Assembly: GCA_963834735.1 (NCBI GenBank)
Contig: CAWICT010000014.1
Coordinates: 14,962 to 78,961 of the forward strand
Source of the DNA: an uncultured Acidimicrobiaceae bacterium
GTDB lineage: Bacteria; Actinomycetota; Acidimicrobiia; Acidimicrobiales; Palsa-688
Reading direction: 5' to 3'
Length of the DNA stretch: 64,000 nucleotides
The number at the start of each line of letters is the position of its first letter. Within the stretch, counting starts at the first letter, position 1. The notes beneath the pieces were generated by a model, which saw only the letters and a list, made by a program, of their open reading frames with translations, was not told where the DNA came from and did not search any database. Below are positions 8,737 to 17,659 of the stretch, piece after piece. A program made the translations under genes and the position numbers.

Positions 8737-9507
8737 GTGGCGTGCCTCGGTCGTCTGAGTCTTTGGCTGGTCAAGCCGGCATCTACCGTGCTGGGCGCTC
8801 CTCTTTGGAGGCCTGGAAGTTGGAGCGGCGCGCACGCTCGAGGCGGCTTGTTGCTAGTGGTCGGTCCGCTGGCCCTCGTGGCGATAGCGGTGGTCGCCTA
8901 CTGGGCGTCCGCACGTCTTGGGTTGGCCCAGCTTGGCCCAGGGCCCGATTGGCCGCTCCTTGGCCTGGCGCTCGGCACTGGCGGTGCGGCCATGGTCCTA
9001 TGGCCGCGCTACGACCCGAGCCGCTGGGCCAGAGGTGCCGCAGGAGAGCTCGCGACAGCGGCCTTGTTGGAGCATCTACCCGGTAGGCAGTGGGTGGTGT
9101 TGCACGACCTCGCCCTGCCCGGCAGCCGCGCAAACGTCGACCACCTGGTCATCGGGCCGACCGGCGTGTGGGTAGTGGACACCAAGGCCTACCGGGCGCG
9201 GCTGGACGTTCGCTGGCGGAGTGTTCGTGTTGGGAGCGTCCCGCTCTCGACGGCAGCTGTCCGTTGGGAGGCCGAGCGAGTCTCGAGTCTGCTCGGTACC
9301 GAAGCTCGGCCGATTGTGGCGGTCCATGCGAGCGGTCTGCCCCGTCGCGGCAGGCGATGTAGCGGCGTGCGGGTGCTCCCGGCCACGCGGCTCGTCCGCA
9401 GGCTCGGTCGAGGCCGGCGACTGCGGCCTTCCCTGACTCCTCGTCAGGTAAGAGAGCTGGGGGACCTTGCCGAGAACCAGTTCTTCGCACGGGCGGCAAG
9501 CGGCTAG
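8737..9507 (+). CDS. NERD domain-containing membrane protein
   Basis: TM segment LLLVVGPLALVAIAVVAYWAS, followed by a NERD-like core (LLEHLPGRQWVVLHDLALPGSRANVDHLVIGPTGVWVVDTKAY). The start is uncertain: GTG 8737, or GTG 8742 in another frame. Confidence 0.65.
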   Translation: MACLGRLSLWLVKPASTVLGAPLWRPGSWSGAHARGGLLLVVGPLALVAIAVVAYWASARLGLAQLGPGPDWPLLGLALGTGGAAMVLWPRYDPSRWARGAAGELATAALLEHLPGRQWVVLHDLALPGSRANVDHLVIGPTGVWVVDTKAYRARLDVRWRSVRVGSVPLSTAAVRWEAERVSSLLGTEARPIVAVHASGLPRRGRRCSGVRVLPATRLVRRLGRGRRLRPSLTPRQVRELGDLAENQFFARAASG

Positions 9508-9549
9508 TCTCCAGGTAGAAGCCGGTCTGGTCCCGGCGGCAACGACACG

Positions 9550-10077
9550 ATGTCCAACCCACTTGATTTCGACCCGATCATCGAGGCCCGCCGGCAGTGG
9601 GCCGCGAACGGTTGGGAGAGCGCATGTGACGGCATGGCGGCGATCACTTCAGTCGTCCGGGCACAGCAGCTGTTCCTGGGCCGGATCGACGCGGTCCTGC
9701 GGCCGCTGGAGCTGACCTTCGCGCGCTACGAGGTGCTGATGCTGCTGCTGTTCTCTCGTCGTGGTTCGTTACCGCTCAACAAGATCGGTGCCCGCCTCCA
9801 GGTCCACCCGACCAGCGTGACCAATGCGGTCGACCGCCTCGAAGAGCAGGACCTCATAAAGCGCGTCCCGCATTCGAGCGACAGGCGAACCACCTTGGCC
9901 GAGATATTGCCGGTGGGCCGCGAGCTCGCCATGCGGGCGACAAGGGCGTTGAACGAGGAAGTGTTTTCTCGGCCTGGCATGAGCCGGGAGGACCTGGACC
10001 AGCTCATCGACGTGCTGCGGCGTTTTCGCCAAGCGGCGGGGGACTTTTCAGAGCCGGTGCCGGCTGGCGACGCCTGA
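9550..10077 (+). CDS. MarR family transcriptional regulator
   Basis: Winged-HTH region: LTFARYEVLMLLLFSRRGSLPLNKIGARLQVHPTSVTNAVDRLEEQDLIKRVPHSSDRRTTLAEI. Confidence 0.85.
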   Translation: MSNPLDFDPIIEARRQWAANGWESACDGMAAITSVVRAQQLFLGRIDAVLRPLELTFARYEVLMLLLFSRRGSLPLNKIGARLQVHPTSVTNAVDRLEEQDLIKRVPHSSDRRTTLAEILPVGRELAMRATRALNEEVFSRPGMSREDLDQLIDVLRRFRQAAGDFSEPVPAGDA

Positions 10078-10093
10078 GCCAGTTCACACGCAG

Positions 10094-11773
10094 TCAGTCC
10101 ACCAGCGCTGAGATGTTGGGCGGTGCTACTGCCCGAGGAGCCGGCGCCGGCGGCGTCGAGCGCACGACATCGTCGTAAAGGCTCAACAACGCGGGCACGG
10201 CAAAAGGGGCCTCCAGGTTGACGACCAGGCATTCGCCCGGCATCAGTGTCTGGATTTCCGGCCCCAGTGCTGAGAGATCCTGTTTGGCCGAGGAACGAAG
10301 GATATTGCGGTCCTTTTCGTCGGCCAAGCCGAGCACGAAGAAAGTGTTGAACTGGCTGAGAAGTTCGTCGTCGAGCAATTTGGGCTGCTGGGTCACGGCG
10401 AGCAGGCCCACCCCGAACTTGCGCCCCTCCCTCGCCACCCGCGGGAACACATTTGACTCGCGGTCCTTGTTCGCCGACAGCACTCTTTGCGCCTCCTCAA
10501 GTGCGACAGCCACGACAGGAAGGGTCTTGTGGCGCTCCGGATCGTCCAAGAAGGCGCCCTGCCACTCCTCGATCACACGGCGAGTGAGGAACGAAGCGAC
10601 GAGTACTTCTTCGGTGCCACCGAGCCCACTCACGTCGACCAGGACAACCTTGCCTTCGAGCAGCTCGTCGAGGATCCGGCGTCCCACCGAAACGGCGGGG
10701 TCCGTAGAAACGCAGGGCAGGTCAACGATACGACGCGCCCGACGGTGCACCACCTGGAGCGTACTGAGGGCCACTCTGGCCGACAGTTCCACGTCCCGGA
10801 AGCCGGCGAGGTCCTCCACCCTGGCGAACTCGGCCAGCCAGGCAAGGCCAGAAGATGAATAATGGCGCTCGAGCTCGTGCAGGGCTTCCTCCTGAGGCCG
10901 GCTCCACTCGTACGCGGTCCGCAGGTCGTCGACCGACAACTCGGCAAGGCTGATGCGCAGAGTTGAGGTATTGGGCAGGCGCCGGTCCGAATAAGTGCGC
11001 AAGGCCTGAGCGGCCCACGGGTGGCGCCCCAGTGCTGCGCGGTGCTCGCCGTGCGGGTCGATCACCAAGAGGCCGTAGCGTCCATTGGCTGACATCACGC
11101 CGGCGCAAAGCACCTGGAGGAGGTTGGACTTGCCCATGCCCGTGGTCGCGAAAATGCCAATGTGACTGGCGAGGCTCCGCCCCGGTATGCCCACCTGGAA
11201 GTCGACCACGGTCTCCCCGCTGCGTAGGTGGCCAACCGGCAGGTCGCCCATTCGCTTGGCGAGGAACGCAAAGTCTTCTGGAGTAGGCGACACCACACGG
11301 GAGAACTGGGTCGGGAGGCTCTTCGGCTTGCGGAACACGGTCCTCGCAGCGCCTGGCGTCGCCGGCGGGGCCAGGTAGCCGAGGCACCGGCATTCGGCCA
11401 GCCGGTACGTCCTCTTGGCCTGCTCGTGCAGGATGTGAGCTCCGCTTTCGCCCCTGGCGTCGTCGGCGAGCAGGGTCCCGGCAACCCGCTCCGCCCAGCC
11501 GGGTTCTCGGTGCTCGGTGCCGTAGCTGACGTCGACGACCCTGAACAGGTAGCGCCGGCCCGTCGCCTCGTCCACACCCACGAGCAGCTCGCCGAGGAAC
11601 AGGTCCTCTTCGGGGGCTGCCCGGAAGAGAGCTTCCAGCACATTGCGCCCGAAGAGCCTTCCCCTCGTGCTTGCTCGGGGACTGCTCAGCGACGTGCTGC
11701 TCAGCGACGTGCTGCTCAGCGACGGACTGCTCGCGGAACGGCCATCGTCCATGCCACTCAGCATCGCGCTCAC
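10094..11773 (-). CDS. herA: HerA-like hexameric ATPase/helicase (DUF87 ATP-binding protein)
   Basis: Walker A in IGIFATTGMGKSNLLQV, Walker B region VVLVDVSG, and later LLAVTQQP. The start is taken at GTG 11773 (GTGA overlap with the NurA stop) or ATG 11764. I reject the 821-aa ORF-track N-terminal extension because it is the shadow of nurA. Confidence 0.8.
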   Translation of the reverse strand: MSAMLSGMDDGRSASSPSLSSTSLSSTSLSSPRASTRGRLFGRNVLEALFRAAPEEDLFLGELLVGVDEATGRRYLFRVVDVSYGTEHREPGWAERVAGTLLADDARGESGAHILHEQAKRTYRLAECRCLGYLAPPATPGAARTVFRKPKSLPTQFSRVVSPTPEDFAFLAKRMGDLPVGHLRSGETVVDFQVGIPGRSLASHIGIFATTGMGKSNLLQVLCAGVMSANGRYGLLVIDPHGEHRAALGRHPWAAQALRTYSDRRLPNTSTLRISLAELSVDDLRTAYEWSRPQEEALHELERHYSSSGLAWLAEFARVEDLAGFRDVELSARVALSTLQVVHRRARRIVDLPCVSTDPAVSVGRRILDELLEGKVVLVDVSGLGGTEEVLVASFLTRRVIEEWQGAFLDDPERHKTLPVVAVALEEAQRVLSANKDRESNVFPRVAREGRKFGVGLLAVTQQPKLLDDELLSQFNTFFVLGLADEKDRNILRSSAKQDLSALGPEIQTLMPGECLVVNLEAPFAVPALLSLYDDVVRSTPPAPAPRAVAPPNISALVD

Positions 11774-12765
11774 GACCGTTCCATTAGCGCGTGGCGGTCG
11801 GCGAAAGCTCGCTCCTTGACGTCCTCCGGCAAACCCGCGGCGTCGAGGGCGCTCTGCAGCTCGGCCCAGACCTCTTCGCGCGCCCAGCCCGGGCAGGCTG
11901 CCAGGCGGTCGGCTAGGGAGAGCGGGTAGGGGTAGCCCGGGAACCCAGCGTCGTCCGCGAGGGCGCTCAGCTGCCCGAGGAGCCGAGCCGCATCGGCGTC
12001 GCCCGGGAGATCGATGCGGAACGCGAACCTGGCGTCGGGGTCGAGGCGGGCCACTACGACGAGCAACCCGGGCCCGACCTCGGGGCGGCGCATTGCGACA
12101 GGCACCCACCAGCAGGCGCGTTGGCCAAGAACCGCCTCTGCCTCGAGCTCCAGCTGGCCGACGAGCGGGGCCCCGCCCCGGGCGAGCGAACTGTGCTTGA
12201 TGATGCCCACCAGGGCCACATCGCGTTCTGCCGCCCTGGTGAGCAGGTCCGCGAGCCATTGGGCCGGGATCCTCCAGTCCGGCTGGAGGTCTCCGTCCAC
12301 CAGCACGATCGCCTCGGTCTCCGCCTCCTCGACACTGGTTGCCACCAGGCGCCACTCCGACCAGTCGCGGAGCAGGTTGAGGTCGACGGGAGCGCCTGGG
12401 GCCGTCGGGGCGCCCATTTCGGAAAGGGAGCGCCTCCCTTCCAGCCCGCCCCCACTGCCAGTCAAGACGTGGACCGCCATGTCGCCCACCTCTTCCAAGG
12501 TGCAGCGGCCGCCCTGCCAACGGGTGCGCGCGGCGCGGGTGGCTGCCACCTGCAGGCATCGCGCGTCGGCCACCAAGGCCTGGCCACCGTCAACGGCCCA
12601 GCAGTCTGGCGGGGCTTCCAAGCGCACGAGGGGCCGAAGTTCAGTGGTCGCGAAGAACTCGAGATCGCTACCGTTCGGGTCGGATAGCTCGCCTGCGCCG
12701 CCCGAGAGCAACTGGACAAGCCTCTCAGCAGCTTCCGGGACCGTGGGCACGGCCAAGCATGCCAT
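11770..12765 (-). CDS. nurA: NurA-like 5'-3' nuclease
   Basis: ORF 11770..13116 trimmed to ATG 12765. NurA-type acidic motifs are present (CWAVDGGQALV, IVLVDGDLQPDW, VGIIKHSSL). Immediately upstream of, and coupled to, herA. Confidence 0.7.
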   Translation of the reverse strand: MACLAVPTVPEAAERLVQLLSGGAGELSDPNGSDLEFFATTELRPLVRLEAPPDCWAVDGGQALVADARCLQVAATRAARTRWQGGRCTLEEVGDMAVHVLTGSGGGLEGRRSLSEMGAPTAPGAPVDLNLLRDWSEWRLVATSVEEAETEAIVLVDGDLQPDWRIPAQWLADLLTRAAERDVALVGIIKHSSLARGGAPLVGQLELEAEAVLGQRACWWVPVAMRRPEVGPGLLVVVARLDPDARFAFRIDLPGDADAARLLGQLSALADDAGFPGYPYPLSLADRLAACPGWAREEVWAELQSALDAAGLPEDVKERAFADRHALMERS

Positions 12766-12912
12766 GCCCGGCGCTTGCTGCTCGAGCGTCACCCCATCAG
12801 CACCCCGGGCAAGTAGTGCTGAGCGAGCGCGGCCCACAGCGGGGCGCAAATCAGATGGGCCGGGCTGACCAGCGTCTTTCCCTTCCGGCCGCAGGCTTGG
12901 CACAATGGTCGT

Positions 12913-13746
12913 ATGCCTAGGGCTATATGGAGCGGCTCGATCAGTTTCGGGCTCGTCAACGTGCCGGTGAAATTGGTGACTGCCACTGCTCCGAAGGACG
13001 TCAGGTTCCACCAGCTGCACTCCACTGACGGTGGTCGGATCAACCAAAAGAGGGTCTGCTCGGTGGACGGCGAGGAAGTCGAGTTCTCGGAGATCGTGAA
13101 GGGCTACGAGATCCACCGCGGCCAGTACGTGATCGTCGACCCCGAAGAGCTCGAAGCCTTGTCGCCCGAGTCGAACCGCAGCATCGACATCGAAGAGTTC
13201 GTGGACCTGTCAGCGATCGACCCCCTCTATTTCGAGCACAGCTATTTCCTGATGCCCGACAGCATCGCGGCACGGCCTTACGCTCTTCTGGTCGAGGCCA
13301 TGGCCGGTACGGGCAAGGTTGGGATTGGCCGCTTCGTATTGCGGACCAAGCAGTACCTGGCGGCGCTCCGACCTCTCGATGGGGCGCTCGTGTTGTCGAC
13401 GATGCTGTTCGCCGACGAGGTGCTCGGCGCGTCCCAACTGGAGATCAAGACGACGGCTGATACCAAGCCGTCCGACCGTGAGCTCAAAATGGCCCGCCAG
13501 CTCGTCGACTCCCTCTCGGCGGAATGGGAGCCCGAAAAGTACAAGGACGATTACAGAGAGAAGGTCCTCGAGCTGATCGAGGCCAAAGCTGAGGGCAACG
13601 AGATCGCCATACCCGAAGAAACCGAGCGTCCCGCACCGGTGGTGGACCTCATGGCCGCGCTCGAGGCCAGCTTGGCTAGAGCGAAGGAACAGGGAGCCGC
13701 CGCCGAGGAGGCCAAGGGCCAAGGGCGCAAACGGGCGAGCGCGTAA
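12913..13746 (+). CDS. ku: Ku protein (NHEJ DNA end-binding)
   Basis: N-terminus MPRAIWSGSISFGLVNVPVKLVTAT...RFHQLH is the canonical bacterial Ku start. The C-terminal tail is basic. Confidence 0.92.
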   Translation: MPRAIWSGSISFGLVNVPVKLVTATAPKDVRFHQLHSTDGGRINQKRVCSVDGEEVEFSEIVKGYEIHRGQYVIVDPEELEALSPESNRSIDIEEFVDLSAIDPLYFEHSYFLMPDSIAARPYALLVEAMAGTGKVGIGRFVLRTKQYLAALRPLDGALVLSTMLFADEVLGASQLEIKTTADTKPSDRELKMARQLVDSLSAEWEPEKYKDDYREKVLELIEAKAEGNEIAIPEETERPAPVVDLMAALEASLARAKEQGAAAEEAKGQGRKRASA

Positions 13747-13752
13747 ATAGCC

Positions 13753-14679
13753 TTGGCAGCTAACGCGAAGTCGGGCAAGGCAGGCACTCCGGGCACCCTC
13801 AACATAGGGGGCCGGGATCTTGCACTCTCCAATCTCGATAAGGTTCTCTGGCCGGCGACCGGCACCACCAAAGGCGAAATGGTGGGTTATTACGCTCGCA
13901 TCGCACCAGTCCTGGTCTCTCACCTTGCAGGCCGTGCGATCACTTTGAAACGTTTCCCCAACGGTGTTGATGGGACGTCGTTCTTCGAGAAGAACTGCCC
14001 GTCCTACAAGCCGCCGTGGTTGGAAACCGTCAAAATGGGTGAGGTCAATTATTGCCTTGTCGAGGACCCCGCTTCGGTGGTCTGGCTTGCGAACCTCGCG
14101 GCCATTGAGCTCCACCCCACGCTCGCAGCAAAGCCGGACCTAGGCTCTCCGACGTCGGTGGTCTTTGACCTTGACCCCGGTCCGCCAGCTGACGTTATTA
14201 CGTGTGCACGCGTGGCTTTGCTGGTCCGCGACCTTCTTTCCCAATTACACCTTGAAACGTGGGCAAAGACGTCGGGGAGCAAAGGCATCCAGCTCTACGC
14301 GCCCCTCAATAGCGGTGCGACCTACGAGGGCTCGGCCCCGTTCGCCAAGGCGATTGCTCAGTTGTTGGAACGGAGGCACCCCGAACTGATCTTGTCCTAC
14401 CAACTAAAGACGGCACGGGCCGGCAAAGTTCTTATCGACTGGAGCCAGAACGCCGCGTCCAAGACAACGGTATCGGTCTACTCGATGCGGGCCAGACCAC
14501 AGCCCACTGTCTCGACCCCGGTCACCTGGGACGAGCTTGACGACGCTTTGTCGGCTGGCGACCCGGCGGCTCTCAGTTTCGAATGGGCGGAAGTGCTCGA
14601 CCGGGTCGATCGACACGGCGACCTGATGGCCGACCTGCTGACCCTCGAGCAGGAGCTGCCCGATCTGCGCCCCTCATAG
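13753..14679 (+). CDS. ligD: LigD polymerase/primase (PolDom) domain protein, stand-alone
   Basis: GRDLALSNLDKVLWPATGTTKGEMVGYYARIAPVLVSHLAGRAITLKRFPNGVDGTSFFEKNCP is typical of the LigD PrimPol domain. No ligase or phosphoesterase domain is attached. It starts 7 nt after ku. Confidence 0.85.
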   Translation: MAANAKSGKAGTPGTLNIGGRDLALSNLDKVLWPATGTTKGEMVGYYARIAPVLVSHLAGRAITLKRFPNGVDGTSFFEKNCPSYKPPWLETVKMGEVNYCLVEDPASVVWLANLAAIELHPTLAAKPDLGSPTSVVFDLDPGPPADVITCARVALLVRDLLSQLHLETWAKTSGSKGIQLYAPLNSGATYEGSAPFAKAIAQLLERRHPELILSYQLKTARAGKVLIDWSQNAASKTTVSVYSMRARPQPTVSTPVTWDELDDALSAGDPAALSFEWAEVLDRVDRHGDLMADLLTLEQELPDLRPS

Positions 14680-14741
14680 AGCTTGGTCGAACGCCTCATA
14701 ATGCGGGGCGTGCTCTAGCGGGGCTCCGCAATACTGGTCCC

Positions 14742-15110
14742 GTGGACTACAGACCCGTTGATATCGCCAACAAACTCTCCCTCTTCTCCGAGCAATGGGC
14801 GCCCAAGGTGGTTGCCCGCATGAACGACTATGAGATCAAGGTGGTCAAGCTCGAGGGCGAGTTCGTTTGGCACACCCACGATGACACCGACGAGCTCTTC
14901 CTCGTCACTCTCGGAAAACTGACCATCCAGATGCGCGACGGGAACGTGACCTTGGGGCCTGGACAGCTCTTCGTCGTACCCAGCGGTGTCGAGCACTGCC
15001 CCCTAACCGAGGGCGAAGCGCATGTCGTCCTGATCGAGCCGGCGGGCGTGGTCAACACCGGCGATGCCGGCGGCCATTTCACCACGACCCCCGAGGACCT
15101 CCTCACTTAG
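14742..15110 (+). CDS. cupin domain-containing protein
   Basis: ORF 14583..15110 trimmed to GTG 14742, after the ligD stop. Cupin motifs: GEFVWHTHDDTDELFLV and PSGVEHCP. Confidence 0.75.
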   Translation: MDYRPVDIANKLSLFSEQWAPKVVARMNDYEIKVVKLEGEFVWHTHDDTDELFLVTLGKLTIQMRDGNVTLGPGQLFVVPSGVEHCPLTEGEAHVVLIEPAGVVNTGDAGGHFTTTPEDLLT

Positions 15111-15255
15111 CCGAACACCCTCTCGCGTAGCAGACCTTCTCAGCCACCTGAACACTTCTGGTCTGGCTGATGTGCGCGAGCCCGCGTCAGGGCGCGCAAC
15201 CCCCGACGCCTTCGTTTCCGAAACACCTCCGGCCGTTGAGATAGGGCCACTGTTG

Positions 15256-16539
15256 TCAAGGAACCAGCCCACGACCGCCGGCCGCCCACGACCGCCGGCC
15301 GCCCGCCGCTCTGGCTAGCCGCCGCCCATGGCGGCGCCGTGGCCTATGGCGCTCATGGCGGGTAGGGCGGATATGGCGGGTCGGGCCGAGGAGCCCGGCT
15401 TGGCGGTCTCGTTCGGTCTTGGCTTGATGGTCGTCCCAGCACAGGGCCTGGACGTTGGAAAGTGAAGTTTCGCCCTGGTTGGCGACAGGGTTGATGTGGT
15501 CGAACTCGAGGCCGAAGCGGCTCCCGCATTCGCCGCACTGAGCTCCCGTAAAAGCCGGCACGGGGCCCAGGTCCAAAGCAGTTCGCAGCTCTGCAGGGAA
15601 GTGACGTCCGAAGTGCTTGATGGTGTGTATTTCCACCCCGTCGTGCAGGACGGCCTTCAAGAAGGCGTCTTTGCCCAGTTCGTGGGCGAGCTCTACTGGT
15701 ACCGGCCCTCCGCCGATGACCTGGCACACCTCACCGGGGTGGGCATGGCCGCGCCGCCAGGCGAGAATGTCACAGACGATCACCAGGTCCGCCCGCGCCG
15801 AGCGAGCAGGGCCTTCGCCGGTCGCCATCGCCGCAAGCGCATCGGCGGCGTAGGCCTCGAAGCGCTCGCGCTCGCCGCCGTTTTGCTGGACGGTTCTCCG
15901 CGCGCGCTGCGCTGCCAGCTCGAGGCGGTTGATGAAAGGCACACCCGTTTCGGGTGGGAGAGCACCTGTGAAACAGACCATGCCGAGGCGGTCGCGCCAG
16001 TGGCGGAAGTGCCGGGCGCGCATCTGCTGGCGATGGAGGTCGTTGACATCTGTGTTTGCTTGGCGGTGCTCGCGGGCCTTGTCACGGAGCTGAGCGAGGT
16101 CCGAGCCCCGTGCGATCCTGAGCAGCTCGGCTTCAGCACCAGGCGTCTCGGACTCGGTCTTTACGATCTCGGCTGCCTGGTCGAGGGACAGTTCTCCCCC
16201 CAACAGCGCCAAGCGCGTACCGGGGCAATCGGCCAAGCCAGCGGCGGTCTCCAAGGCTTGGCGGGCCTGGCCGGTCGTGCCACCCACCTGGCGGGCCATC
16301 CACGCGGCCCCATCGTTGAAGCCCCGCTGTTTGTAGGCACCGCAGGCGACAGCACGAGCCGACACGAGCAGGAGAGCCGCTTGTCCCGCCTTTACCGCTG
16401 CAGCTAGCGCGTCGTGCAGGGCCAGGCAGTCATCACCGCTCAGCAGCTCGGGGTCGAGGGCAGTGCAGGACCTGCGGAACGAGGCAGCAGACCCAACAGA
16501 GACGACTTCGCTCGACATGCCACCCTCCTCCAAAGCCAA
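15256..16539 (-). CDS. DUF222 domain / HNH endonuclease (13E12-repeat-like family)
   Basis: DUF222-like N-terminal two thirds, followed by an HNH motif (CGECGSRFGLEFDHINPVANQGETSLSNVQALCWDDHQAKT). The 3' tail contains a 17-bp x2 tandem (CACGACCGCCGGCCGCC, 15270-15303). Confidence 0.8.
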   Translation of the reverse strand: MALEEGGMSSEVVSVGSAASFRRSCTALDPELLSGDDCLALHDALAAAVKAGQAALLLVSARAVACGAYKQRGFNDGAAWMARQVGGTTGQARQALETAAGLADCPGTRLALLGGELSLDQAAEIVKTESETPGAEAELLRIARGSDLAQLRDKAREHRQANTDVNDLHRQQMRARHFRHWRDRLGMVCFTGALPPETGVPFINRLELAAQRARRTVQQNGGERERFEAYAADALAAMATGEGPARSARADLVIVCDILAWRRGHAHPGEVCQVIGGGPVPVELAHELGKDAFLKAVLHDGVEIHTIKHFGRHFPAELRTALDLGPVPAFTGAQCGECGSRFGLEFDHINPVANQGETSLSNVQALCWDDHQAKTERDRQAGLLGPTRHIRPTRHERHRPRRRHGRRLARAAGGRRSWAAGGRGLVP

Positions 16540-16728
16540 GAAACAAAACTTCTTAGGAGGAGACCGTCATGGCCGGTCCCGAGCGCTTCAACGCACTCTA
16601 GCCAGACGTATGTTTCGACGCGTCAAGGGCCGGGCGGGAAATTTGGTCCTGAGCCTGAGGCGGGGGTCGACTGAACGGCACTGGGATTAGTGGGGCGAAC
16701 CGTGCGGCCGCGGGACGGACCTCGTTCC

Positions 16729-17659
16729 TCAGACGGGCCCGTCCCCGGACGTGCGGGGCAGCTCCCTCCCAGCTGCGGGACGGTCCAAGACCCCAGCCCA
16801 GGCCAAGACGGCGTCGGACAGAGCGGGCCAGGCTTCCTTCGCCCACGGCCCGAACGGATTGGAACACAGGCCGACGAGCGCGAGGTCGGCGGTGGGGTCG
16901 ACCCAGAGCAACGAGCCAGATTGCCCGAAGTGGCCGAAGGTCGCCGGAGAGTTCGATTGCCCGGTCCAATGCGGGGTTTTGTGGCCACGGATTCGGGCCT
17001 AGTCCCCAGTCGCAGGGCGCCTGGCGCCCGAAGCCGGGTAGCACGCCGCTGAGCCCCGGCCATGCAACGGTGGCGGCCAGCCGCAACGTCCCAGGACTGA
17101 CCAGGCTCGGGGCCAACATTTCGCTAGCTAGCAGCAGAAGGTCTTCGAGGGGGCCGCTTGCCCCGTGCGCTGGTGAGCCGTTCAGCAGGGTGCTGCTCAT
17201 GCCGAGAGGCTCGAGGACGCCGGCGCTCAGGTAGTCGCCGAAGGAGATCCCGGTGCGGGCGTCGAGGTGAGCGGCTGCAATTTCGATGCCAGTGTTCGAG
17301 TAGATGCGGTTCGTTGCCGGTCGGGCGATCGGTTGGTCCCCCTGGAAGGGTAGGCCCGAGGCGTGTGCGAGGAGGTGGGCGAGCGTCGACCCGGGCGGCC
17401 CGGCAGCGTCGTCGAGGGTGACGCTGCCTTCTTCCAGGGCGACGAGACTCGCAAGGCACACCAGCAGTTTCGTCACCGACGCCCACTCGAAGCGCTCGCC
17501 GAGCGGGCCGGTTGTAGCTACCACGTCTGTAGCTACCACCGCTGTCCCCGGGTCGTCACCGGACCTGTTGCACGCCACGACGCCGACAGCAGCCAACCCC
17601 GGCCAGGCCGCCACATGAGAGGCGAGCGTTGCGCTCAGAGCGTCAGGAGCTCGGGCCAT
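16729..17659 (-). CDS. serine hydrolase, beta-lactamase/PBP4-like family (frame disruption near 16998)
   Basis: SxxK motif in FEWASVTKLL. After ...APCDWGLG the reading continues in another frame (ARIRGHKTPHWTGQSNSPATFGHFGQSGSLLWVDPTADLALVGL...) and stops at 16729. ATG 17659 is taken as the start, but no stop separates it from the upstream DUF2505 part. Confidence 0.7.

Noticed and set aside
8742-8850. Alternative N-terminus for the NERD protein in another frame (MPRSSESLAGQAGIYRAGRSSLEAWKLERRARSRR), implying one more frameshift near 8845.
   Set aside because: GC3 is only slightly better than in the as-assembled frame, and I know of no diagnostic motif for this region. It is kept as a note on start uncertainty rather than a call.
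11774-12559. The 821-aa version of the HerA ORF (10094..12559), with a long N-terminal extension.
   Set aside because: The extension (PAGGSHPRRAHPLAGRP...) is Arg/Pro/Gly junk read in a different frame of the same strand across nurA. HerA homology begins near 11773, where a GTGA start/stop overlap exists.
12890-12915. A leaderless ku transcript from a CACAAT -10-like hexamer 7-8 nt upstream of the ATG.
   Set aside because: This rests on a single weak hexamer match with no supporting -35. It cannot be judged without TSS data.
5055-14679. LexA SOS boxes (TCGAAC-N4-GTTCGA) in the promoters of the repair cluster.
   Set aside because: I could not find a match by eye in the sbcD/NERD, marR/herA or nurA/ku intergenic regions. 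A GTTCGAAC at about 37553 lies inside padR and is not the SOS-box arrangement.
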